A stretch of DNA of 64,000 nucleotides from an uncultured Candidatus Rokubacteria bacterium (lineage in GTDB: Bacteria; Methylomirabilota; Methylomirabilia; Rokubacteriales; CSP1-6): the NCBI GenBank assembly GCA_963762145.1, contig CAVXJS010000014.1:544001-608000 (forward strand), written 5' to 3'. Below the pieces are notes generated by a model that worked only from the letters and a program-made list of their open reading frames with translations, ran no database searches and had not been told where the DNA came from. The position numbers and the translations under genes are program-made. Below, one piece after another: positions 48,155 to 57,233 of this stretch (the first letter of the stretch is position 1; each line of letters opens with the position of its first letter).

Positions 48155-49186
48155 ATGCTCCACACCCTGCGCGCCACACCCGAGACCTGCTTCTGGGGTT
48201 TCTTCGACGCGGCGCTGCCGCCCGTGCTGCGGGTGCGATCGGGCGACCTGGTCCGGATCGAGACGCTGACGCATCAGGCCGGGGACGCGCCAGACCTCAT
48301 GATGGACGCGGGGGTGAAGGCGGTGTACGACGCCATCCCGATCGCCACGCGCGGGCCCGGCGTGCACGTGATGACCGGCCCCATCCACGTGGAGGGCGCC
48401 GAGCCGGGCGACACGCTCGAGATCCGCGTGCTCTCGATGGAGCCGCGGCTCGCCTACGGCACCAACATCGCGGCGTGGTGGGGCCATCTCTACGACGACT
48501 TCGGCAAGGAGCGGATCACGATCTACCGGATCGACGCGGCGGCCGGGCTCGCGTGCGCCGCGTTCGCCTTCGACTACACGACGACGTCGCGTTACGAGCA
48601 GCCCGGCATCATCGTGCCGCCCGACGCGGGCGCCCGGCAGCCCGCGCTCGCGAACGTCGTGGTACCGCTGCGACCCCACTTCGGGGTGGGGGGCGTCGCC
48701 CCACGCGAGGCGGGGAAGCTGAACAGCATCCCGCCCGGCGAGTTCGGCGGCAACGTGGACAACTGGCGCTTCGGGCCGGGCGCGGCCATGTACTACCCGG
48801 TCTTCCGTCCCGGCGCGCTCTGCTACCTGGGCGACCCGCACATGGCTGAGGGCGACGCGGAGCTCTCCGGCACCGCGATCGAGGCCTCGGCCAACGCGGT
48901 CGTACAGATATCGGTGCGAAAGGACCTGAAGCTGACCACCCCGATGCTCGAGACGCCGACCCACTGGATCGCCCACGGCTTCGACGAGGACCTCGACCGC
49001 GCGATGAAGGCCGCCGCGCGGGCCCTGCTCGCGTTCCTGGTCGAGCAGCGCGGGCTGAGCCGCGACGACGCCTACTCGCTGATCTCGGTGGCGGGCGACT
49101 TCGGCGTGACCCAGGTGGTGGACCAGCGCCAGGGCGTGCACGGCATGATCGCGAAGAACCTGTTCGTGCCGACCGCGAAGGGCTGA
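48155..49186 (+). CDS. Acetamidase/formamidase family protein
   Basis: H.MTGPI.VEGAEPGD.L, PP..FGGNVD, GDPHM.EGD.E.SGTAIE. Confidence 0.9.
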   Translation: MLHTLRATPETCFWGFFDAALPPVLRVRSGDLVRIETLTHQAGDAPDLMMDAGVKAVYDAIPIATRGPGVHVMTGPIHVEGAEPGDTLEIRVLSMEPRLAYGTNIAAWWGHLYDDFGKERITIYRIDAAAGLACAAFAFDYTTTSRYEQPGIIVPPDAGARQPALANVVVPLRPHFGVGGVAPREAGKLNSIPPGEFGGNVDNWRFGPGAAMYYPVFRPGALCYLGDPHMAEGDAELSGTAIEASANAVVQISVRKDLKLTTPMLETPTHWIAHGFDEDLDRAMKAAARALLAFLVEQRGLSRDDAYSLISVAGDFGVTQVVDQRQGVHGMIAKNLFVPTAKG

Positions 49187-49191
49187 GCTCC

Positions 49192-50565
49192 ATGGCCTAC
49201 GATCTGATCATTCGCGGGGGGCTCGTGGCCACCGCTACCGACGCGGTCGTGGCCGACCTCGGCATCCGCGGCGGGCGCATCGCCACGATCGACCAGGGCC
49301 TGCCGAGGAACGAGCCGGAGATCGACGCGCGCGGCCTCGTGGTGGCCCCGGGCGGGGTGGACGTGCACACACATCTGGACCTCGACCTGGGCGGCTCGCG
49401 GACCGCGGACGACTTCGAGTCGGGCACCGCGGCGGCGGCCTGCGGCGGGGTCACCACGATCTGCGACTACGCCTGGCAGACGAAGGGCAACACCCTGGCC
49501 GGCACGATCGAGACGTGGAAGGCGAAGGCCCACGGCCGGGCCCACGTGGACTACGGATTTCACGTGATCCTCTCCGAGGCCACCGACGCGATCCTGGGAG
49601 AGTTGCCCGCGCTGGTCGGCGCCGGCTTCCCGAGCGTCAAGGTCTTCACGATCCGGGAGTTCGGCCTGCCCGACGAGGCGCTGCTGCGCGTGATGCGGGC
49701 GGCCCGTACGACGGGCGCGATGCTCAACGTGCACTGCGAGAACACCGACGTGCTCGACCTCGCGCAGGCGGATCTGATCGCGGCCGGCCGCACCGACCCG
49801 CGGCACTACGCGGCCAGCCGGCCCGTGCTGGCCGAGGTTGAGGCCACGCGCCGGGTGATCGATTACGCGGAGCTGGTGGATGCCGAGGTCTACATCGTCC
49901 ACATGTCCTGCTCCGGTGCGGCCGAGGCCCTGCGCGCGGCGCGCCGCCGGGGCCTGCGGGTGTGGGGCGAGACGCGCCCGATCTACCTGGGCCTCACCGA
50001 CGAAGCCTACGCGAAGGGCGGGGTCGAGGCCGCGAAGGTCTGCGGCGCGCCGCCGCTCCGCACCGAGCCGGACCTGAACGCGCTCTGGGACGCGCTCCGG
50101 GCCGGCGACATCCAGACCATCGGCAGCGACAACACCTCCTGGACCGTGAAGCAGAAGGCCGAGGGGGCGGCCGACTTCCGCAAGATCCCTTACGGCGTCC
50201 CCGGGCTCGAGACCGAGATGCGCGTGGTCTACTCGGAGGGCGTGGCGAAGGGGCGCATCTCGCTCCAGACCTTCGTCTCCGCGTTCGCCACCACGCCCGC
50301 AAAGCTCTTCGGCCTCTACCCGCGGAAAGGCACGATCGCGGTGGGGAGCGACGCCGACCTGCTGCTGCTGGATCCCGCCGGGACGCAGACCATCGACGAG
50401 CGGGTCCTGCACTCGCGCGCCGGGTACGATCCGTTCCACGGTTTCGAGATCCGCGGCGTGCCGCGGATGACCATCTCGCGCGGGGAGGTCATCGCTCGCG
50501 ACGGGCAGCTCCTGAGCCGGGCGGGCCGGGGCCAGCTCGTGCTGCGGCAGCGCGCGCGGGGCTAG
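49192..50565 (+). CDS. hydA: Dihydropyrimidinase/D-hydantoinase
   Basis: PGGVDVHTH, DDFESGT.AAACGG.TT, VHCEN, YIVH.S, PPLR, GSD, GVPG.E, GSDAD. Confidence 0.85.
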   Translation: MAYDLIIRGGLVATATDAVVADLGIRGGRIATIDQGLPRNEPEIDARGLVVAPGGVDVHTHLDLDLGGSRTADDFESGTAAAACGGVTTICDYAWQTKGNTLAGTIETWKAKAHGRAHVDYGFHVILSEATDAILGELPALVGAGFPSVKVFTIREFGLPDEALLRVMRAARTTGAMLNVHCENTDVLDLAQADLIAAGRTDPRHYAASRPVLAEVEATRRVIDYAELVDAEVYIVHMSCSGAAEALRAARRRGLRVWGETRPIYLGLTDEAYAKGGVEAAKVCGAPPLRTEPDLNALWDALRAGDIQTIGSDNTSWTVKQKAEGAADFRKIPYGVPGLETEMRVVYSEGVAKGRISLQTFVSAFATTPAKLFGLYPRKGTIAVGSDADLLLLDPAGTQTIDERVLHSRAGYDPFHGFEIRGVPRMTISRGEVIARDGQLLSRAGRGQLVLRQRARG

Positions 50566-50576
50566 GCCCGGAGCCA

Positions 50577-50703
50577 CCCCCTCACCCTGCCCTCTCCCCC
50601 TCGCGGGGGAGAGGGTTGATCATCTCCCTCTCTCTCCCAGGCAGAGGGCCGGGTGAGGGTTCATGATCGCCCTCTCCCTGGGAGGGAGAGGGCAGGGTGA
50701 GGG
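50577..50703. repeat. Cluster of three family A palindromic repeats (copies 6-8, BIME-like) between convergent genes
   Basis: 50577-50615 nearly identical to copy 1; 50626-50659 degenerate reverse copy; 50670-50703 CCCTCTCCCT-GGG-AGGGAGAGGG-CAGGGTGAGGG. Confidence 0.88.
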
Positions 50704-50710
50704 TGGGCGC

Positions 50711-51622
50711 TCAGCGTGACGGGGCCGGGTGGGTCTTGATCCAGTGCTGCGCGATGTCGACCCGCCGGGTGAACCACACGTCCTTGTGACTGCCGATGTA
50801 GTCGAGCGCGCGCTCGAGGCCGGCAGCCCGCGAGGGGTGACCGATCAGCCGCAGGTGCAGGCCCAGCGACATCATCTTGGGCTGGGTCTTGCCCTCGCGG
50901 TAGAGCACGTCGAAGCCGTCCTTCACGAACGTGAAGTAGTCGTCCGCGGTGAAGAAGCCGCCGCCGCCGAACTTGGAGTCGTTGGCGGTGAGGCTGTAGG
51001 GAACTACCAGATGTGGTTTCTCATTCACGCGGAGCCAGTAGGGCAGCTCGTCGTTGTAGGCGTCGGAGTCGTAGAGGAAGCCGCCCTCCTCGACCACCAG
51101 CCGCCGCGTGTTCACGCTGGGGCCGTAGCGGCAGTACCAGCCGAGCGGCCGCTCGCCCACCGTCTTCTTCATGGACTCGACCGCCATCCGGATGTGCTTG
51201 CGCTCCTCGTCCTCGCTGAGCTCGTAGTGCTTGACCCAGCGCCAGCCGTGCGAGCAGACGTCCCAGCCCGACTCGCGGATGGCCGCGGCCACCGCGGGGT
51301 TGCGCTCGAGCGCCAGCGCGCAGCCGAACACGGTGAGGGGCAGGCCGCGCTCCTTGAAGATGCGCTGCACGCGCCAGAATCCGACGCGGCTGCCGTACTC
51401 GAACATGCCCTCGGCGGCGAGGTCGCGGCCCTTCACGCCGTAGTTGGCGGCGCCCGATTCGGTCAGCGTGCCCTCGGAGAAGCCGTCGTCGGCCGCGTTG
51501 TACTCGGAGCCCTCCTCGTAGTTCATGACGAAGTTCACGGCGATCCGCGCCCCGCCCGGCCAGTGCGGGTGAGGGGGATTGCCGGCGTAGCCGACGAGGT
51601 CGCGCGGGGCGGCGGTGGTCAT
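50711..51622 (-). CDS. puuE: Allantoinase PuuE (polysaccharide deacetylase fold)
   Basis: RDLVGY...PP...WPGGARIAV.FV.NYEEG.E, EYGSRVG.WR, SHG.RW, YDSD.Y.DELPYW, LH.RL.G.P.R. Confidence 0.9.
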   Translation of the reverse strand: MTTAAPRDLVGYAGNPPHPHWPGGARIAVNFVMNYEEGSEYNAADDGFSEGTLTESGAANYGVKGRDLAAEGMFEYGSRVGFWRVQRIFKERGLPLTVFGCALALERNPAVAAAIRESGWDVCSHGWRWVKHYELSEDEERKHIRMAVESMKKTVGERPLGWYCRYGPSVNTRRLVVEEGGFLYDSDAYNDELPYWLRVNEKPHLVVPYSLTANDSKFGGGGFFTADDYFTFVKDGFDVLYREGKTQPKMMSLGLHLRLIGHPSRAAGLERALDYIGSHKDVWFTRRVDIAQHWIKTHPAPSR

Positions 51623-52110
51623 CGTGCGGGCTCCTCGGGAAGGGCGATGGTGAGCGGCGTGGTGACCGGGACGAACTCCTCGTCGGCCTGGGTCCCGTCG
51701 CGCCACATGAAGACCGCGAACGAGGCCGGGCCGTCCAGCACCGTGACCGGGTGGTGCCACGTGCCCATGGCGTAGGTCACGCCCTGGCCGGCGCGGGCCA
51801 CGAAGGCGCGCAGCCGGGAGAGGTCGGGGCCGCCGCCGGGGGCGTCGAGGGTGGCCAGCACCAGGTAGCGCGAGACGCGCAGGGGGACGAAGGTCTGCGA
51901 GGAGTGCTCGTGGCGCTCCAGGACCTTGACCTCCATCGGGAACGTGGCCTTCGGCTCGACGGTGGCGACGGAGAGGCTGACCGGGGCGTGGGCGCGGCCG
52001 TTGGCGAGCGTGTCGCTCAGGTAGACGCGGCCCGGGACGGACGGACCCTCCAGCACGGCCCCGAAGGGCTTGAACGCTTCCGCGGTGAGTGGCTCGGCGA
52101 CGATGCGCAT
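51619..52110 (-). CDS. allA: Ureidoglycolate lyase
   Basis: EPLTAEAF.PFG, LERH..SSQ.F.P, GQGV.Y..GTWHHP. Confidence 0.88.
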   Translation of the reverse strand: MRIVAEPLTAEAFKPFGAVLEGPSVPGRVYLSDTLANGRAHAPVSLSVATVEPKATFPMEVKVLERHEHSSQTFVPLRVSRYLVLATLDAPGGGPDLSRLRAFVARAGQGVTYAMGTWHHPVTVLDGPASFAVFMWRDGTQADEEFVPVTTPLTIALPEEPAR

Positions 52111-52928
52111 CAGGAGATCCTCCGTGTGAGCCCCACCACCCGGTCCATGATCACCACGAGCAGGGCGGTGGAGAAGATGAGCACGCCGGACACCGCGGCG
52201 GTGCGGACGTCGAGCGTGGACTCCAGCATGCTCCACATCCGGATCGGCAGCACGTCGGTCTCGGGGCCCGCCAGGAACAGGGAGACCGACACGTTGTCGA
52301 GCGAGGCCATGAAGGCGATGAAGGCCCCGGCCAGGATGCCCGGCCGGATGACGGGCAGGGTCACGCGCCGGAAGGTGTAGAAGGCGCCCGCCCCGAGGCT
52401 CGCCGAGGTGTCGAGCAGCCCGCGGTCGAGCTGCGAGAGGCTGGCGATCGTGGTGCGGAGGATGAAGGGCACGATCACCGCCACGTGGCCCACGATCATC
52501 AGGGGAATCGAGAGTGGCAGCCCGAGCGTGCTGAAGAACATGAGCGCGGCGAGCCCGAAGGCCAGGGTGGGCAGGATGAGGGGCGACATGAAGATGGCGT
52601 CGAGCGCCTGGGCCCACCACGAGCGCCGTCCCGCGATGGCCAGCGCGGCCGCGGTCCCGAGCACGACCGCGACGGTGGTCGACCAGAACGCCACCAGCAG
52701 GCTGTTCCAGGCCGCCATGTGGATCTGCTCGGACTGGATGGCGTCGAAGAGGCTCCGGTACCAGCGCAGCGAGAGCGCGGGCGGCGGGAAGCGCAGGGAG
52801 CGCGAGTCGGTGAACGAGGTGATCAGCACCACGAGCACCGGGGTGATCAGGATCAGCAGCGCGATCCCGCTCAGCAGGCCCAGCACGAGCCGGTAGGAGA
52901 TGTCGCCGCCGCTCGATCGCCGCGCCAT
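52110..52928 (-). CDS. ABC permease (PotC-like)
   Basis: FPP...SLRWY, NSL.VA, SASLGA...TFRRVTLP.I.PGI. Confidence 0.92.
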   Translation of the reverse strand: MARRSSGGDISYRLVLGLLSGIALLILITPVLVVLITSFTDSRSLRFPPPALSLRWYRSLFDAIQSEQIHMAAWNSLLVAFWSTTVAVVLGTAAALAIAGRRSWWAQALDAIFMSPLILPTLAFGLAALMFFSTLGLPLSIPLMIVGHVAVIVPFILRTTIASLSQLDRGLLDTSASLGAGAFYTFRRVTLPVIRPGILAGAFIAFMASLDNVSVSLFLAGPETDVLPIRMWSMLESTLDVRTAAVSGVLIFSTALLVVIMDRVVGLTRRIS

Positions 52929-52932
52929 CGCG

Positions 52933-53793
52933 CTAGCCGTTCGCGAGGGCGCGGCTGCGCCGGCCGAGCGCGTTCAGCGTGGTCACCACCGCGAGGACCG
53001 ACACGAGGAGGATCATCGAGATGGTCGCGGCGAACGGCCAGTTGAAGAGGGTGGTGGCCTGCTGCCAGATGTAGAACGGCATCAGCACCATGCGGCCGCC
53101 GCCGATGATGGTCTGCGACACGAAGGCGGTGACCGAGCTGGCGAAGACGAGCAGGCAGCCCGCCAGTAGCCCGGGCAGCGAGAGCGGCAGGGTCACGCGG
53201 AAGAGGGTGCGCCAGCGCCCGGCCCCGAGGGCGGCGGAGGCGTCCTTCAGGTTCGGGTCGAGGCGCGACATCACGCTGATCAGCGGCAGCAGCATGAGCG
53301 GCATCTCGATCTGGGAGAGGGCCACCACCAGGCCCATCTCGGTGTGGAGCAGGCGCAGGGGGACGGTCACCAGCCCCAGGCCCATCAGGGCGTTGTTGAT
53401 GAGTCCCTCGCGTCCGAGGATGACGATCCAGGCGAAGGTGCGCACCACCACGCTGGTGAGCAGGGGCAGCACGATGATGAAGAGCAGGATGGGCTGCAGG
53501 CGCCGCGGCGCCTCCATGAACAGCAGCCCGAGCGGCACCCCGATGCAGGCGGTGAGCGCCACCGTCTTGACCCCGAGGAGCAGGGTCTGGCCCAGCACGC
53601 TCCAGTTGAACGAGTCGCCCGCGAACTTGGCGTACTGGACCAGGCCCCAGCCCTCGAACTGCGGCGTCACCCGCAGGCTGATGCCCGCGAGAAGCGCCAG
53701 CGGCGCGAAGAAGAAGAACAGGAAGAAGCACGCGAGGGGCAGGGCGAGCCACCCCTCGCGCGCGCGGGGCGCGGCGGCGCGCGGCTCGGCTAT
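52933..53793 (-). CDS. ABC permease (PotB-like), probable ATA start codon
   Basis: PLLTSVVVRTFAW..ILG..G.IN, SAALGA...LFRVTLPLSLPG. No ATG/GTG/TTG precedes TM1; ATA at 53793 has AAGGAG 8 nt upstream. Confidence 0.85.
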   Translation of the reverse strand: MAEPRAAAPRAREGWLALPLACFFLFFFFAPLALLAGISLRVTPQFEGWGLVQYAKFAGDSFNWSVLGQTLLLGVKTVALTACIGVPLGLLFMEAPRRLQPILLFIIVLPLLTSVVVRTFAWIVILGREGLINNALMGLGLVTVPLRLLHTEMGLVVALSQIEMPLMLLPLISVMSRLDPNLKDASAALGAGRWRTLFRVTLPLSLPGLLAGCLLVFASSVTAFVSQTIIGGGRMVLMPFYIWQQATTLFNWPFAATISMILLVSVLAVVTTLNALGRRSRALANG

Positions 53794-54833
53794 TGCCGGA
53801 TCTCCTTGTTGAAGCGCTCGATCCAGCCCGCCCGCTTGGGATTGATCTGCCGCCAGTCGTGGTGGACGAAGCTCGCCAGCTCGGCGTGCGACTTGACGAT
53901 GTCGGCCGGGAAGTCGGGCTGGAGCGACACGTTCTTGTTCACCGAGAGAAGGCCGTAGGGCGGCTTCTGGAGCGCGGTCTGCACCTCGGTGCTCAGCACG
54001 GTGTCGATGAACCGGTAGGCGTTCTCCTTGTTGGTCGCGTTCTTGACCACGTGCAGCGTGGTGTAGAAGGCGATCGGCCCGGTCTCGGGCTTCACGAACT
54101 CGATGTCCACCCCGCGCCCCTTGAGGGTCGAGACGGTCTGATAGTTCGTGTAGGTCACGTCCATCTGTCCCTGCTGGAAGAGCGTGTTGACCGCCACCGG
54201 GTTCTGGGCGATCACCGCCACGTGAGGCAGCCACTTCTTGAGCTGCTCGAACGCGGGGTCCACGTTGGTGAGCGAGCCGCCGTAGAGCTTGGAGATCTCG
54301 ATCAGCGACGAGGTGCCGAAGGTGGTGCCGAAGCCCGAGATGCCGACCTTGCCGTTGTACTTGGGCTCGAAGAGATCCTTCCAGCCCTTGGGTCGGTCCA
54401 CCTTCTTGGGGTTGTAGGCGATGCCCACGATCTGCGCGGCCACCGACACGCCCCACTCGTCGTAGAACGTCTTCTCGAGATGCACGATGTTCTTGCACCG
54501 GGCCGGCTCGAACTTCTCGATGAGGCCGTCCTCGGCCGCGACCACCACCGGGCCCGGGTCGAGCATGAACACGTCGAGCGGCGGCGTGTTGCGCGAGGCC
54601 TTCACCTTCGCGACCTGGTCGAGCGACAGCAGCGGGGTCAGGACCGTGTCGACGTCCGCGCCCTTCTTGAGCGCGGGCAGCACCACCGCGCGGTAGGCTT
54701 CCTCCCACGGACCCGGGTAGGCGGGCGCCACGACGCGGCCGGCCGCGGCCGCGAAGCGGGGAAGCATCGTGGTGGTGGCGAGGACCGCGCCGCCGGCGAG
54801 CAGCGCGCGGCGCGTGATGACGGGGGTGGGCAT
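53790..54833 (-). CDS. ABC substrate-binding protein (PotD/PotF-like), Tat signal
   Basis: ITRRALL, GIAYN, P..W.DL..P.Y.GKV, P.TG, W..RFN. AGGAGG RBS. Confidence 0.9.
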   Translation of the reverse strand: MPTPVITRRALLAGGAVLATTTMLPRFAAAAGRVVAPAYPGPWEEAYRAVVLPALKKGADVDTVLTPLLSLDQVAKVKASRNTPPLDVFMLDPGPVVVAAEDGLIEKFEPARCKNIVHLEKTFYDEWGVSVAAQIVGIAYNPKKVDRPKGWKDLFEPKYNGKVGISGFGTTFGTSSLIEISKLYGGSLTNVDPAFEQLKKWLPHVAVIAQNPVAVNTLFQQGQMDVTYTNYQTVSTLKGRGVDIEFVKPETGPIAFYTTLHVVKNATNKENAYRFIDTVLSTEVQTALQKPPYGLLSVNKNVSLQPDFPADIVKSHAELASFVHHDWRQINPKRAGWIERFNKEIRQ

Positions 54834-54845
54834 GGGGTGGCCTCC

Positions 54846-55979
54846 TCAGGCGGTGGCCGGCTCGGCAGCCGGCGCGGGGAATAAGGACACGGCGGACGGC
54901 GTGACGATACCGCAGTAGACCGCGGCGCCCGGCTCGCCCGGCGGCGTCAGACTCTCGCGCGGCTCGGTGACCTTGAGCGACTCGCCGGTGCGGGTGACCA
55001 CCTCGCTCACGGTCTGCGCGCCGACCGGCATGCGGATGCGCACCTCGACCGGCCAGCGCCCGGGCCCGGGTGTGGGGTACAGGCGCAGGTTCTCGGGCCT
55101 CGCGGAGACGACGATGCGCTTGCTCCCGATCTCTCCGGGCACGTCGACGGTCACGCCCGCGTCGAGCGCCACCACGCACATCCCGCTCTCCCGGGCGACG
55201 ATCTCGCCCGCGAGCAGGTTAGCGGTGCCCACGAAGCTGTTGACGAAGAGCGTGCGCGGCCGGTCGTAGACCTCGACCGGGCTCGCGAACTGCTCCACCC
55301 GCCCGCGGTGCATCACCGCGATGCGGTCGGCCAGGCTCATCGCCTCCTCCTGATCGTGGGTGACCAGGATCGCGGTGATGCCGAATTGCCGCTGCAGCCG
55401 CTTGACCTCGATCTGCATGTCGAGCCGCAGGTTCTTGTCGAGCGCGCCGAAGGGCTCGTCGAGCAGCAGGATGCGCGGCTCCACCGCGAGGGCGCGGGCG
55501 AGCGCGACGCGCTGCTGCTGGCCGCCCGAGAGCTGGCGGGGCATGCGCTCGGCGAGCGCCTCGAGCTGGACGGTGGCGAGCATGCGCGCGACCCGCTCGC
55601 GGATCCGCTCGCGCGGGGCGTGGCGGGCGCGCAGCCCGTAGGCCACGTTCTCGTATACCGTCATGTGCGGAAACAGCGCGTAGTTCTGGAACACCACGCC
55701 GATGTCGCGGCGGCTCGCGGGCAGGTGATCGATGGAGCGGCCGTCCACCCGGACGCGGCCCGCGGTGGGCACGATGAAGCCGCCGATGATCCGGAGCAGG
55801 GTGGTCTTGCCGCAGCCGCTCGGCCCCAGCAGGGCGACCAGCTCGCCCGCCTCGACGGGCAGGCTGACGTCGTCCACCGCGGTGGTCGCGCCGAAGCGGT
55901 GGGTGATCGACTCGAGCTGGACGCTGTGGCCCGCTCGGCGGGCCTCGGCCTCGGTGATCACGGCGGTGGGATCAGCCAC
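54846..55979 (-). CDS. ABC ATP-binding protein (PotA-like)
   Basis: GPSGCGKT, VFQNYALFPH, LSGGQQQR, LLLDEP, VTHDQEEA. Confidence 0.95.
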   Translation of the reverse strand: MADPTAVITEAEARRAGHSVQLESITHRFGATTAVDDVSLPVEAGELVALLGPSGCGKTTLLRIIGGFIVPTAGRVRVDGRSIDHLPASRRDIGVVFQNYALFPHMTVYENVAYGLRARHAPRERIRERVARMLATVQLEALAERMPRQLSGGQQQRVALARALAVEPRILLLDEPFGALDKNLRLDMQIEVKRLQRQFGITAILVTHDQEEAMSLADRIAVMHRGRVEQFASPVEVYDRPRTLFVNSFVGTANLLAGEIVARESGMCVVALDAGVTVDVPGEIGSKRIVVSARPENLRLYPTPGPGRWPVEVRIRMPVGAQTVSEVVTRTGESLKVTEPRESLTPPGEPGAAVYCGIVTPSAVSLFPAPAAEPATA

Positions 55980-56111
55980 GTACGCGCATCCGTAACGTCA
56001 CGTATCGAGCGTTGACGATGATGGCGCGCATCCTACCACACGCGTGGCGTCCGGGTTATGCTGCGTGCGGCGTCGATCCGCGGCGCCGATCCAGGCCAGG
56101 AGGTCACCCGC

Positions 56112-57231
56112 ATGAGCACCGGCCCGCTCCGTCCCACCACGCTCGAGATCGATCTCGACGCCGCCGCCGCGAACCTGCGCGCGGTGCGAGGCCTCGTGGG
56201 CCCGTCGCGGAAGATCTTCGCGGTCGTGAAGGCCGATGGCTACGGCTACGGCGCGGCCGAGATGGGGGCGGTGTTCGCCCGGAACGGCGCCGACTACCTC
56301 GCGGTGGCCGACGTGACCGAGGGCATCCGGCTGCGCGGGCGCGGGATCGCCGCGCCGATCCTCGTCTATCCGAACTCGCTGCCCGACGCCGCGGGCGAGA
56401 CGCTCGCCCACGGTCTCATCCCGACCCTGGTCGATCTCGACGCCGCGCGGGCCTACGCCGAAGCCGCCGGCGGCCCGTGCCGAGGTGTTCGTCAAGGTGG
56501 ACGTCGGCCTCGAGCGTCTCGGGGTGCCCGCGGAGCAGGCGGTGAAGATGGTGCTCGCGATGCTCGAGCTGCGCCACCTCCGCCTGGGCGGGCTGTGCGC
56601 CCATCCCCACGCCGAGGTCGGCGGCGATCCGGCGTACGCCGACTGGCAGCTCGGCCGGTTCACCGGCGTGGTGGACGAGCTGGAGGCGCGCGGGGTGCGC
56701 GTCCCGGTGCGGCTCCTCGCCGCGAGCCCGTTCGTGCTGCGCTTCCCGCACACGTATCTGAACGCGGTGGATCCCGGCCGCATGCTCTACGGGATCACGT
56801 TCCCGGGGGAGACGCCGCCGGTCCCGCTCCGTCCCGCGCTGCGCGCCCTCACCACCCGCGTCATCGCGCTCAAGGAGCTGGCCCCGCGCGAGCGCTTCGC
56901 CGAGCAGGCGCCCTTCCCGGTGTCGGCGCCGCTGCGGCTGGGCGTGATCCCGATGGGATCGGCCGACGGCCTGCGCTGGCTCCACGCCGGACGCGTCCTC
57001 GTCCGCGGCCGGGCGGTGCCGCTGATCGGCTCGCCCTCGCTCGAGCACACCCGCATCGACCTGACCGCCGTCCCCGACGCCGCGGTGGGCGACGAGGTCG
57101 TGATCATCGGCCGCCAGGGTGGCAGCGAGATCACGCCGGCCGAGGTCGCCGCGCAGCACGGCCTCGGCCTGCACCACATCGCGACGACGGTCGGCCCTCG
57201 GGTCGCCCGCGTCTATCGTTCGGGAGGGTGA
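56112..57231 (+). CDS. Alanine racemase-fold PLP enzyme with a non-canonical active site; one extra base at about 56480
   Basis: EIDL.A...N, AVVKADGYG.G (PLP Lys), KVD.G..RLG, G.ADG, GDEV.IIG. The N-terminal half (ORF 56058) and C-terminal half (ORF 56485) are collinear. Confidence 0.85.
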
Positions 57232-57233
57232 CC

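Noticed and set aside
50577-50703. Possible CRISPR array (also the 62510 tandem repeat, and DUF2779 as cas4)
   Set aside because: The units are mixed in orientation or only 13 bp long, there are no unique regular spacers, and no cas1/cas2 or effector genes are present.
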